In this document: positions 37,957 to 47,645 of the stretch, one piece after another
Position numbering within the stretch: the first letter of the stretch is position 1
Layout: the number at the start of each line of letters is the position of its first letter
Assembly: GCA_043754535.1 (NCBI GenBank)
Contig: JAYUUN010000082.1
Span: 1-64,000 of the forward strand
Reading direction: 5' to 3'
Length of the DNA stretch: 64,000 nt
Source: Chloroflexota bacterium
Lineage (GTDB): Bacteria > Chloroflexota > Chloroflexia > QHBQ01
Notes under the pieces: model-generated
What the model was told of the DNA's origin: nothing
Seen by the model: only the letters and a program-made list of their open reading frames with translations
Databases searched by the model: none
Made by a program: the position numbers and the translations under genes

Positions 37957-38430
37957 GCAAGTCAGGGTAGACTGCATCCACTCGCGCAGTGGTAGCATCT
38001 ACTTTACACCCCACCTTGCTGCTTACCTCTATGCCTGGAGTTGACACTGCGGCCTTGCTTTGGGGGTACGTTGCTACTTAGCGTAGCTACGAGCGATGGG
38101 CCACTATTACTGTCACAGCCCAATAGGGTAAGCACTAGCACGGCGGTGATCACCACCAACCGACTTGGATCTATCTTTCAAGGACTGAACGCTTGAACGC
38201 CTGCAATACTACCTCAATGAACAAAACCTTCTTTCGATCACCTAAGATCAACAATGTCTATGTACTAGTTGGTAGCAATCTGCAATACGCGAGTTGGAGC
38301 AAGCAAACGGTGGCCCTCTACGCCACAAACTGCTCGGCCATGATCGGCGGTAGCTTCGACAAGCTCTGGATGAGCAGCGGCTTGGTCGCTAACCAACTTA
38401 GTTGGCCCGAAGTAGCAGTAACACCGCCAG

Positions 38431-40095
38431 CTAGCGACGGGTGTATATCAAGAAGGTCTGCACCTTGTTGCGGCTAGGTGGTATCTCAAACGGCTGATCG
38501 GTATAGTGATCAGTGATATACTGGCCGAAGGCCGGGAACTCGCGCAGCAGGGTGAGCGAGTCGGGGTCGGTAATCGGTGAGGTGTCGCCCACCGCCACCG
38601 CAATGATCGCGGGGGGGTTGCGGACAAGTTCGGCCATGAAGATGCGCTGGTACTCGGCGCGGGCTGCAATCGGGATGTCGGGGCTGATGATTGGGTAGTT
38701 GTAGATGAAGCGACCGGGGGCGAGGCGGTCGGCCAGGAAGTTCACCAGTGGGTCAACTGCCCAGACCAGTACGCGGTCGCCTGCCTGGGTGTGGGCTGCA
38801 ATGTAGCGGGCAGCGTCAGCGTTCGGCAGGTAATCGTAAGTACCCCGGTGGAAGTCGGCCTGGTACTGACGCGCTGTGATTCGTCCACTAGCATACTGCT
38901 GGTAACGATCCCAGCTATATACCGTCTCAGTGCCGTTGTTCGGGGCCAGTGACGAAACGGTGAGGCCAAAGATGAGGACGGTAAGCAGGGCAGCTGGAAG
39001 CCTGGATGGGCGGTTGGCTGTCTTGCGCCGGGCTAGCTCTAGAAACAGGCGGTCTACCACGAAGCCGCTGAGGACACTGAGGGGAACCAGCGTGCCGATG
39101 TAGTGGTAGGGCCAGAGGCGGCCCTGCACCCAGGTCATGGCGAAGGCGCAGAGTAGCCAGAGCGCAATCAGCAGCGTCGCTCGCGTCCGCTCACGCAGTG
39201 CAATGTAGACGAGGGCGAGGGCAGGCAACAGGTAGTAGACACGCAGGTGCAAAAGGTTGTCTCCCGCCCGCCCAAGTGCATTAGCCGCTGCTACTCCCAG
39301 GTCGCTACCCCCTTGCCCGTAGAAGAAGTTGGCGACAATCGACACGTCCACCGCCTCACGAAGCGCACCCTGCAACGCGAAGTAGACCACGAAGGGCAGG
39401 ATCGCTAGCCCCACGCCTAGCACCGCCAACCCCAGCTTCGACAGCAGAGCCTGGACTCTGGCTTTCGGGTTTTGCAGGGTGCGGTCACGCAAGGTCGTGA
39501 CCACTGCATAGACCGCTAGAGCAAACAGACCTACTACCGCTGTCACCTTGATCATGATAGCCAGCCCCGCCGCTAGCCCGGCTGCCAGCACCCACAATCG
39601 GGCGCGACCTGCTGAGCGTGAGCTAGTATTCTCGCTTTGGCGATATGCATAATAAGCGAGGATGAAGGGTAGCACCATGAAAGTCTCGCTCTCTGCCCCA
39701 CTCCAAAAGTAGAGGGTGTTGAGCGCAGTGTGGAAGATCGCCCAGGTGATAGTAGCGCAGACTGCCGCCCGCCTACCGAACAGGTTGCTAACCAGCAGGT
39801 AGAAGAACGGTACGACTAGCAGGCTGTAGGCAAGATCGCCGCGCCGCACGCCCGCTTCACTCACCCCAAAGATGCGCTCGATAGCAGCATAGATGAAGAA
39901 AATAGCGGGGGTCTTATGTTCCCAGAACTGCGCGTAGGGAACCTGGCCGCGCAATACTGCCCAACCGCAGTAGGCAAAGATACCGTTGTCGCGACCCAGT
40001 GGGTAAGCAAGGCTGGGCCAGCCGACCAACAGCACGGCTAGCCAGCCACCACCAATGCCGAGCAGGGCAGATAGACGATCAGCAATTTTGGACAT
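38431..40095 (-). CDS. ArnT/PMT-like (GT-C) membrane glycosyltransferase
   Basis: GRDNGIF, PYAQFWEHKTP, AESE, many TMs, WPYHY. Confidence 0.85.
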   Translation of the reverse strand: MSKIADRLSALLGIGGGWLAVLLVGWPSLAYPLGRDNGIFAYCGWAVLRGQVPYAQFWEHKTPAIFFIYAAIERIFGVSEAGVRRGDLAYSLLVVPFFYLLVSNLFGRRAAVCATITWAIFHTALNTLYFWSGAESETFMVLPFILAYYAYRQSENTSSRSAGRARLWVLAAGLAAGLAIMIKVTAVVGLFALAVYAVVTTLRDRTLQNPKARVQALLSKLGLAVLGVGLAILPFVVYFALQGALREAVDVSIVANFFYGQGGSDLGVAAANALGRAGDNLLHLRVYYLLPALALVYIALRERTRATLLIALWLLCAFAMTWVQGRLWPYHYIGTLVPLSVLSGFVVDRLFLELARRKTANRPSRLPAALLTVLIFGLTVSSLAPNNGTETVYSWDRYQQYASGRITARQYQADFHRGTYDYLPNADAARYIAAHTQAGDRVLVWAVDPLVNFLADRLAPGRFIYNYPIISPDIPIAARAEYQRIFMAELVRNPPAIIAVAVGDTSPITDPDSLTLLREFPAFGQYITDHYTDQPFEIPPSRNKVQTFLIYTRR

Positions 40096-40322
40096 GAACC
40101 GATTATACCAAATTGAGCCAACCCTGCGGCCAACGGTTTGCTGCCACCAACCTTCACTTACCGCTCTCCAGCCCGAAAGTTTGACTCGCGCCCCCAGCTG
40201 TAGTATACTCTGGCCCGATGGAGCAGAAGCAATGAGGTGGGCTAATGGCTAAAGTAGTCCGTTTGAGGCTGCGAACCGGGGCGGGTTGACCACTGGCAGA
40301 TAATGAGAAAGGTACAGAGTTC

Positions 40323-41360
40323 ATGGCGAACGCGATTGACTTGTTGAACAAAGGAAAGCTAGCCGCTACTAGTGGGCAAAAAGACCTGGCCCGTGAAGCC
40401 TTGCAGCGCGTGGTTGAAATGGAGCCGAACAATGAAGAAGCCTGGCTCTGGCTCAGTGGGGTTGCCAGCAACCTGACAGCGATGAAACAGGCTTTGCAGC
40501 ACGTTCTTGCCCTGAATGCCAACAATCAGCAGGCGAAGGAGGGTATGGCCTGGGTGCAGCGGCGCGAGGAGCAGATTCGCGCTATGCAGGCTGGGGCCGC
40601 TCCTATCTCCGCTGCTACCATCCCTGCGGCCACCCCCACCCAGCCTGCGGCTAATATGCCGCTCAATGAGACCTTCACCCCTGAAGAAGAAGGCAGCCTG
40701 GGCGCAGACGAGAAGGAGGAGGACTCGGTGATCGCCCCCAGGCTGGAGGCTGGGGCCGAACCGCTCTACCCCAACGCGGGCCTGAACCTGCTGTTCCGCT
40801 CGGTCGAGAAGGTGACCGGCGAGAAGGGGGTCAACGCTCTGCTCAACACCAGTGGTCTACACAAGTATGTGAACAACTATCCCCCTAATGATATGCGGTT
40901 CATCATCCCCTACAGTGAGTACAGCGCATTTGGGCGGGCGATGGAGGATTTCTATGGGCGCACCACCAAAGCCTTGCAACTGAAGGTGGGCCGCGAAATC
41001 TTCAACTACGGCCTGAACGAGCAGCCCCGTATGCTAGGCGTAGTCGGTGCAGCAATGAAGTTCATGCCGCTGGCGATGAAGATGAAGCTGACACTGAACA
41101 AGATGGTCAGCACCGCTCGTGGCCTCAATGTGCCAACCCACCTGGACGAGGATAATGATTCCTACTACTATGTAATGGAAGTCTGCCCCTACTGCTACAA
41201 CCGCGAGACGCAGGTTGGCTGCAATGCCCTCTCTGGCACGATCCAGACTGCCCTCAACTGGGCGACCAGCAAGAACTTCCATGTCGAGGAAGTTGATTGC
41301 CGAGGCAAGGGTGGCAAAGCCTGCTCCTACCGCGTCGAGCGAAATCCTACCGAAGCCTAA
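40323..41360 (+). CDS. TPR + V4R-domain protein
   Basis: N-terminal TPR (EPNNEEAWLWLS); C-terminal V4R with CPYC...C...EEVDCRGKGGKAC. Confidence 0.8.
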   Translation: MANAIDLLNKGKLAATSGQKDLAREALQRVVEMEPNNEEAWLWLSGVASNLTAMKQALQHVLALNANNQQAKEGMAWVQRREEQIRAMQAGAAPISAATIPAATPTQPAANMPLNETFTPEEEGSLGADEKEEDSVIAPRLEAGAEPLYPNAGLNLLFRSVEKVTGEKGVNALLNTSGLHKYVNNYPPNDMRFIIPYSEYSAFGRAMEDFYGRTTKALQLKVGREIFNYGLNEQPRMLGVVGAAMKFMPLAMKMKLTLNKMVSTARGLNVPTHLDEDNDSYYYVMEVCPYCYNRETQVGCNALSGTIQTALNWATSKNFHVEEVDCRGKGGKACSYRVERNPTEA

Positions 41361-41389
41361 AGCCAGCGGGTCGTGGAGGGATAGTAGCA

Positions 41390-44300
41390 GTGGACGAGCA
41401 GGTGGCTAGCATAGTCAACATCGAGACGGTTAGCGGCCAGACGGTGGTGGTGGGTAACAATACCATTGTCAACCAGGGTGAGACTGCCTACGATGTGCGT
41501 GGCCTGCCCAACCCCTACCTCGGCCTGAGCAGCTACACCTATGCCAACCGCGCCATCTTCGCTGGGCGCGAACGCAACATCGCCGCCGCCCTCGCCAACC
41601 TGACCAATGCGGCCAACCCGCAGCAGCTCACCTTTGTCACTGGCGCGTCTGGCAGCGGCAAGTCATCCTTTGCCCAGGCCGGATTGCTACCTGCCCTAGA
41701 AGCCTTCTACCAGGGGCGTGGCCTGGCGGTGCGTTGGGCAGTCTTCCGCCCCGGCCAGCACCCGCGCACCGCCCTTGCTGACGCACTAATCCAGACCGGG
41801 CTGGCCCAGGGATTGGCAGTTGACTTGCAGGCGAAGCTGGTCAACGCCCAGGCCGTTAATGATCTACTCGCCAGCACCCCTCGCCAGCAGGTCAACATCC
41901 TTGTGCTAGACCAGTTCGAGGAGTTGTTCAGCCAGTCTGAGGCGGATGAGCGCGGCCTCTTGCTGATTACTGCCGCAACCCTGTCACCCTTCCGCACCAG
42001 CCACACCCACATCATTGCTACCGTGCGCTCTGACTACCTGCCCGCCCTCTTTGGCTATCCGTCGCTCTACGAGGTCAGCAAGCAGGGCGTAGACTTGCGG
42101 GCGATGGCGGTGGACGAGTTGAAGGCGGCGATACAAAAGCCATTGCAACTGAGTGCGTCGCACAAGCAGTTTGAGCCTGCCCTACTAGAACGGCTGGCGG
42201 TGGACACTGCCGCCGACGCAGCCTACCTACCCCTCTTGCAGGTGACGCTAGAGGAGTTGTGGCGGGGAGGGCTGCTGATGCTAGCCCAGTATCACGACCT
42301 CACCTTCGCTCTGCGCCAGCGCGCCGCCGACGTGCTTACCTACAGCGACTACGCCGGGGTCAGGCAGCAACTACGCCCACTCAGCGAGCAGCAGACGATC
42401 ATCAGCATCTTTCTTGACCTGGTTCAGGTTTCCCTTGACGACCAGCTAGCCGACGTACGCTGCCAACGCGGCTACGATGAACTGGTCGGCACCTCAGCGG
42501 AGCGGGTGCGCCTGCTCAAGGACTTGAGTGATGCCCGCCTGGTCAGCATCAGCCGCGAGCAGGAACATAGCCGGGTAGACCTGATCCACGAGACCCTGAT
42601 TCGCAACTGGCCCTACCTGCAAGCGGCGATCAAGGATGAACGGCTGAACTTGCAGCAGCGCGAACGCTTCGAGCAGAGCCTGGCCGAGTGGGTGGCACAT
42701 AACAAGCGGGCTGATTACTTGCTAGCGGGCGTGTGGCTGGCGGAGGCGCGTGCCTTGCAAGAGCGCGACGATGTGGCCCTACATAGTGCAGCCGCCCGCG
42801 ATCTGCTAGCCCGCAGCACTGCCGATGCTGAAGCCGTGCAGCAACGCCAATTGAAGCTGGCCCAGGACGCAGCGGCCTCGGCGCAACAGGCAGCGTTCTT
42901 CTCGGAGCGAGCGCGCAAGAACGCAGAGACCATCACCAGGCGCACTCGGATCGCTAGCGCAGCGGTCTCCATCTTTCTGATCATCTCCTTGCTGCTCACC
43001 TTCTTTGCCTACGGTCAGTACATCGAGGCGCAGAAGCAGACGAATGAGGTGACAGCCCAGCGGCAACAGGTGTTGGCCGCCTACCTCAACCTGGCGGCTA
43101 GCACCAAACTGCGCCAGAACAACCCGCTCGGCGCACTCCGCCTGATCCTTAGTGCTTACGACAAGGCGACTCCCGAACGGCGGCGGGAGAAGGGCTACGT
43201 AACCTTGTTGAGTCTTACGCTTGAGCAGTCTAGCATAGGGCAGACGCTCTTTAAGTACAGACCACCACGCAGCGCAGCGATCAGCAGTAGCCATCGTAGC
43301 GGCTTGTTCCTAAGCCCTCAGTTCGACATCGGCGAAGGGGGCAGCTTCGGCATGGCCCACCTGACCATCAGCCACGACGGTCGCCACATCCTTGCCACCC
43401 TCAATCGGCTACTGCTGCTGGCTGATGCTGAGGGCAACCTGCTGGCTCTGCTCGTCCCCCCAGCGGGGCCGCCAGGCGATGGTATCGACGACGATCCGAG
43501 CGCAAGGCTAGGCTTGCCCGTTAGCACCGCAATCTTTGCCGCTGACGACCGTAGTGTACTATTGGCTGACCAGCTAGAGTTTGCCAGCTCTAGCGGCGGG
43601 CCGGGGGCTGGCAGCGTGATCCAGTGGGATATCACCAACCCCCCTACCGCGCAGGAAGCGGCCAAGTTCAGCCAAGTAGACCAGCTACCACCAATCAAAG
43701 GCACTATGCTACTCAGCACCAGGCAGACCTTCGCCACCAACATTGCCGTCAGCCCAGACAATCGGCTGCTGCTGACCAGTGGCATCAGCGGCACAGCCAC
43801 CATCTGGCAGCGTGATGGTTTGCGCCAGGTTGCCAGCCTGCCAGACAACAGCCTGTTCGTCACTCCCGCCTTCAGCCTTGACAGCCAGCGGGTGCTAACC
43901 ATCAGTGACAGCAAACACGCCGCCCTGTGGCAGATCAGCGGCCCAAGCTCACGCTTGCTAACCACGCTGGCCCACACCGCAACAATCACCACGGTAGCCT
44001 TCGGCCCTGACGGGCAGATGCTCACCCTCAGCGGCGGTCAGCTACACTTGTGGGACAAGGTGGGCCAGCCACTTGCCAGCAACAGCTATGCCAGCACCCC
44101 CACCCCCGACGACCAGGTATCGGGCAACAAAGAAGGAGCCAGCTTCAGCCGCGACGGTAAGCAGATCATCATTGCCAGTAGCGATGGCCTATTTCTCTTT
44201 GCGGCTGACGGCAAGCTGGTCAGCAGATTGAGCAACGACCGCAGCAGCGATGCCACTTTCGGCCCTGGTGGGCTGCGTATCCTTGCGGTACAGGCTGGCG

Positions 44301-44491
44301 CGGCTCATCAACACTTTAGCAATCTAGAGCGATTGCAGCACGCAGCAGAGTGCCGCGAGGCAGCCACCCCCCTCGGCATCCAGCAACGCAGGACAGTGGA
44401 CGCAACCCTGGCGGAGTTCAACCAGCCGCCCTCCGACCCCGCCGCCGAGGCAGCCGCCTGCAAAGAGGGCTTTGACTGGGCGCAGCAGTAG
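41390..44491 (+). CDS. nSTAND1-type NTPase + TM + WD40-like repeats
   Basis: NPYLGL, FAGRE, GASGSGKSSFAQAGLLP, LDQFEELF, VRSDY, LPLLQVTLEELW, LIHETLIRNWP; TM; WD40-like repeats; GGAGG before GTG. Confidence 0.88.
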   Translation: MDEQVASIVNIETVSGQTVVVGNNTIVNQGETAYDVRGLPNPYLGLSSYTYANRAIFAGRERNIAAALANLTNAANPQQLTFVTGASGSGKSSFAQAGLLPALEAFYQGRGLAVRWAVFRPGQHPRTALADALIQTGLAQGLAVDLQAKLVNAQAVNDLLASTPRQQVNILVLDQFEELFSQSEADERGLLLITAATLSPFRTSHTHIIATVRSDYLPALFGYPSLYEVSKQGVDLRAMAVDELKAAIQKPLQLSASHKQFEPALLERLAVDTAADAAYLPLLQVTLEELWRGGLLMLAQYHDLTFALRQRAADVLTYSDYAGVRQQLRPLSEQQTIISIFLDLVQVSLDDQLADVRCQRGYDELVGTSAERVRLLKDLSDARLVSISREQEHSRVDLIHETLIRNWPYLQAAIKDERLNLQQRERFEQSLAEWVAHNKRADYLLAGVWLAEARALQERDDVALHSAAARDLLARSTADAEAVQQRQLKLAQDAAASAQQAAFFSERARKNAETITRRTRIASAAVSIFLIISLLLTFFAYGQYIEAQKQTNEVTAQRQQVLAAYLNLAASTKLRQNNPLGALRLILSAYDKATPERRREKGYVTLLSLTLEQSSIGQTLFKYRPPRSAAISSSHRSGLFLSPQFDIGEGGSFGMAHLTISHDGRHILATLNRLLLLADAEGNLLALLVPPAGPPGDGIDDDPSARLGLPVSTAIFAADDRSVLLADQLEFASSSGGPGAGSVIQWDITNPPTAQEAAKFSQVDQLPPIKGTMLLSTRQTFATNIAVSPDNRLLLTSGISGTATIWQRDGLRQVASLPDNSLFVTPAFSLDSQRVLTISDSKHAALWQISGPSSRLLTTLAHTATITTVAFGPDGQMLTLSGGQLHLWDKVGQPLASNSYASTPTPDDQVSGNKEGASFSRDGKQIIIASSDGLFLFAADGKLVSRLSNDRSSDATFGPGGLRILAVQAGAAHQHFSNLERLQHAAECREAATPLGIQQRRTVDATLAEFNQPPSDPAAEAAACKEGFDWAQQ

Positions 44492-44619
44492 AATCCACGC
44501 CGCTGCACCGCTTCTAACCCAGCACAATTGCGGGCTGACCATCGGCGTATGGTATAATAGAGAGCGACATAAGGGTTTGATGCTAATGAGAGAGATCAGA
44601 GAGAGATCGTAACCACCAA

Positions 44620-45810
44620 ATGCAGACCGCCGAGATCAAGCAGAGCCAGCCTATTTTGCTCACCAGCCCTTTTGCTGGCCCTACCAACTTCTGGAGCCTC
44701 AGCTTGATCGAGCTTGAGGAGCGGATGATAGCCTGGGGCCAACCTGCCTACCGCGCCCGCCAGATATTCCAGTGGGCGTACAAAGAGATGGCCGCCGACT
44801 TCGCTAGCATGGCGAACCTGCCGAAGGAGTTGCGCGCCCGCCTAGCCGAGGAGTTCAGCCTCACCACGATCACCCCCGCCCGCGACCTGATCAGCAGTGA
44901 CCGCCAAACCTACAAGGCTCTTTTGCGCTTGCATGACGGTGACGTGATCGAGAGCGTGCTGATGCTCTATGAGGATCGAGCCACCGTCTGCGTCTCGTCT
45001 CAGGTTGGCTGCGCTGTTGGCTGCCCATTCTGCGCTACTGGGCAGATGGGGTTGGTTCGCAACCTTACGGCGGGCGAGATCGTCGAGCAGGTGGTCTACT
45101 TTAATCGCTACCTGCGCACCTGGCAACAGCAGCCAGATGAGCGGTTGCGCGTGCCCACCAATGTTGGTGGGGTGAACAATATTGTCTTCATGGGTATGGG
45201 TGAACCGCTGGCGAACTACAAGAACCTCTGGCGCGCAATCCGCAACCTCAACTCGCCGAGCGGCATGGGCCTGGGGGCGCGGCGGCTGACTGTCTCCACC
45301 TCTGGCCTGGTGCCGAAGATTGAGCAGTTTACGGCAGAGCCAGAGGAAGTCAACCTGGCGATCAGCCTACACGCCGCCAACGATGAGCTACGCAGCCAGA
45401 TGGTGCCGATCAACAAGCGGTATCCCCTTGCCCAACTGATGGCAGCGTGCCGCGCTTACATGGACAAGACCCACCGCCGCCTCAGTTACGAGTACGCGCT
45501 GATCGAGGGGGTCAATGACGCGCCAGAGCAGGCCGAGGAACTGGCCCGTCTGCTACGCGGCCAACTATGCCACGTCAACCTGATCCCGCTCAATCCGGTT
45601 AAGGACACGGGCTTCGAGCGCAGCACCCGCGACCGCATCCGCCGCTTCCAGGACGGACTAACCTACTACAACATCCCCAATACTGTCCGCAGCGAGAAGG
45701 GAGCCGATATCCAAGCCGCTTGCGGCCAACTGAAGGCCGAGCAGCAGGGGTTGACCGAGAAGGTAGAGGGAGCAGTAGCGGGCGACGAGCAGGTTGGCGA
45801 ACTGTTATAG
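44620..45810 (+). CDS. rlmN: 23S rRNA m2A2503 / tRNA methyltransferase RlmN
   Basis: CVSSQVGCAVGCPFC, FMGMGEPL, ISLHA, VNLIP, DIQAACGQL. Confidence 0.97.
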   Translation: MQTAEIKQSQPILLTSPFAGPTNFWSLSLIELEERMIAWGQPAYRARQIFQWAYKEMAADFASMANLPKELRARLAEEFSLTTITPARDLISSDRQTYKALLRLHDGDVIESVLMLYEDRATVCVSSQVGCAVGCPFCATGQMGLVRNLTAGEIVEQVVYFNRYLRTWQQQPDERLRVPTNVGGVNNIVFMGMGEPLANYKNLWRAIRNLNSPSGMGLGARRLTVSTSGLVPKIEQFTAEPEEVNLAISLHAANDELRSQMVPINKRYPLAQLMAACRAYMDKTHRRLSYEYALIEGVNDAPEQAEELARLLRGQLCHVNLIPLNPVKDTGFERSTRDRIRRFQDGLTYYNIPNTVRSEKGADIQAACGQLKAEQQGLTEKVEGAVAGDEQVGELL

Positions 45811-45877
45811 GCACCAATAGGGGAGTTCGTCTTCAGCGACTCGCCGGGTCGAGCAAGATGACACAGGGAGCAAAACT

Positions 45878-46381
45878 TTGGCAAGCGAACCCCACCGCAA
45901 GCTGATAGCCTTCCTTACCGCACAGCAGGCCGAGTACCAACTGATCGCGCATCAGGCGGCGGGCCTATCTGTCGAGGTTAGCCAGGCGCGTGGCACCGAC
46001 CTGCACCAGGACGCAAAGGCTTTGCTGCTAGAAACCAGCGGCGCAGCCAGCCCTTACGTGATTGCCGTCACTCCCGCCGACTTGCAGGTACACACCAAAC
46101 GGCTACGCAAGAACCAGGGCTGGCGTGACGCGAAGCTGGCTGACCGCGAAACCGTGCGCCGCATCACTGGCTGCGAAATTGGCGAAGTGCCACCCTTTGG
46201 CGAACTGTTCGGCCTACCCACCTACGTGGATGAGCGGCTGTACGACAACCTGGTGATCGCCTTCAACGCCGCCGACCTACACTGCTCAATCCTGATCTCG
46301 GCTAGCGAGTTTCGCCGTATCAGCGGCGCGACGGTGGATCGCTTCGCCCGTAGCCGCGACGGGGCTGGGGGTGAGGGCTGA
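45878..46381 (+). CDS. YbaK/ProXp aminoacyl-tRNA deacylase family
   Basis: AKALLL, TGCEIGEVPPFG, FNAA. Confidence 0.85.
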   Translation: MASEPHRKLIAFLTAQQAEYQLIAHQAAGLSVEVSQARGTDLHQDAKALLLETSGAASPYVIAVTPADLQVHTKRLRKNQGWRDAKLADRETVRRITGCEIGEVPPFGELFGLPTYVDERLYDNLVIAFNAADLHCSILISASEFRRISGATVDRFARSRDGAGGEG

Positions 46382-46863
46382 TGTCGCTAGTGGTGCGAGA
46401 GCGATTGCTGGCCCTGTTGCAAGAGCGCGGCGCAGACTATAGGCTGATCGAGCATCAGGCGGCGCGCAGTGCACCAGACGTAACCGCTCTGCTCAATATC
46501 CAGCCGCACCAGGGAGCGAAGGCGATCCTACTGGGGGTGGAGGGGGTAGTGCAACCCTACGTGCTGGCAGTGCTGCCGGGCGACAGTCGCATTGACCACA
46601 AGCAACTACGCCACTTGCTAGCCTCGCGCACCGTGAAGCTGGCTGACCCTGACAGCGTGCAGCAAGTAACCGACTGCGAGATTGGCTCGGTGCCACCTTT
46701 CGGCGAACTGTTCTCTATCCCCACCTATGTGGACGAGGACTTGTTCAACAACGAACAGGTTGGCTTCAGCCCCGCTGTGCTGGATGCCAGTGTACTGATG
46801 CCAGCGCAGGAGTTTCGCCGGGTGTTGCGAGCCACGGTAGTACGTCTTAGCAAGCGGGACTAG
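46381..46863 (+). CDS. YbaK/ProXp aminoacyl-tRNA deacylase family, paralog 2
   Basis: GAKAILL, AVLPGD, CEIGSVPPFG. Confidence 0.85.
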   Translation: MSLVVRERLLALLQERGADYRLIEHQAARSAPDVTALLNIQPHQGAKAILLGVEGVVQPYVLAVLPGDSRIDHKQLRHLLASRTVKLADPDSVQQVTDCEIGSVPPFGELFSIPTYVDEDLFNNEQVGFSPAVLDASVLMPAQEFRRVLRATVVRLSKRD

Positions 46864-46946
46864 GCGAACTGCGAAGCTGCGACCACCGTGCTAGCCAGCA
46901 TCGCCAATTGCGTAAGCAAAGAAACAGAGCCGAACGACCGTTTGTT

Positions 46947-47624
46947 TCAACTATTAGCAGCAGACGGCACTGGTGTAGTGCCTTCAGCAGCAACCCCCCA
47001 CAGCCGGAACAGCTTGCGGGCTACCGCATCGAACCAGGGGTAGACGGTGGCGACGTAGGCGAAGCCGAACAGCCCGCCGGTGAAGCTCCGTAGCCACGGG
47101 TTGCTTTCGCGCCAGCCGAGCATCTGCGTGAGGCCGTCGAGCAGCAACGGCACGCTGAGCAGGATCAGCCACCGCCAGGGTACGTATTGAATGCGTCGCC
47201 CGCGCCGCAGCCCTGCGTAGATCAGCCCACCGGTCAGCATTGCGCTGTAGATTGCCAGGCAGCGTTGGCAGAGGCACATCTGGTAGCCAAATACGTAGTA
47301 GGAGTGGGTCGGCACCTGGTCGCAGATCAGGGTTAGCAAGTTGAACAGCCACGTTCCTGCCCCCACCTGCCCATTGCTGAGCAGCCAGGGGCCAAGCAGG
47401 GTGGCAGCCAGCAAGATATAGGCGTAGAACAGGTTGCTGAGCAGCAGCCAGTGGCGGAAGAAGCTGACCACCAGCCAGCGCAGCCCACCCAGGAAGCCCC
47501 GGTTGAAACGCTGGCGGGCGGCCCCCACCCGCAACCGTTCTGTTTCGGTCAGCGTGCTGACGCGGGCCACGTATTCAGCGCGGCTCTCACCCACTAGCTG
47601 CTCGATTGGCTGTAGTTCGCTCAT
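46947..47624 (-). CDS. DUF2085-type membrane protein
   Basis: ICDQ...SY...MCLCQRCLAIY, PLLLDGLTQ, ESNPWLRSFTG. Confidence 0.8.
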   Translation of the reverse strand: MSELQPIEQLVGESRAEYVARVSTLTETERLRVGAARQRFNRGFLGGLRWLVVSFFRHWLLLSNLFYAYILLAATLLGPWLLSNGQVGAGTWLFNLLTLICDQVPTHSYYVFGYQMCLCQRCLAIYSAMLTGGLIYAGLRRGRRIQYVPWRWLILLSVPLLLDGLTQMLGWRESNPWLRSFTGGLFGFAYVATVYPWFDAVARKLFRLWGVAAEGTTPVPSAANS

Positions 47625-47645
47625 CGTAATTACCTCTCAACTTGA

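Noticed and set aside
37957..38430. Lower-GC intergenic stretch with 94-aa ORF 38193..38477 and a REP-like CTTCGACAAGCTC motif
   Set aside because: No RBS or recognisable motif, overlaps the ArnT stop; probably decayed sequence
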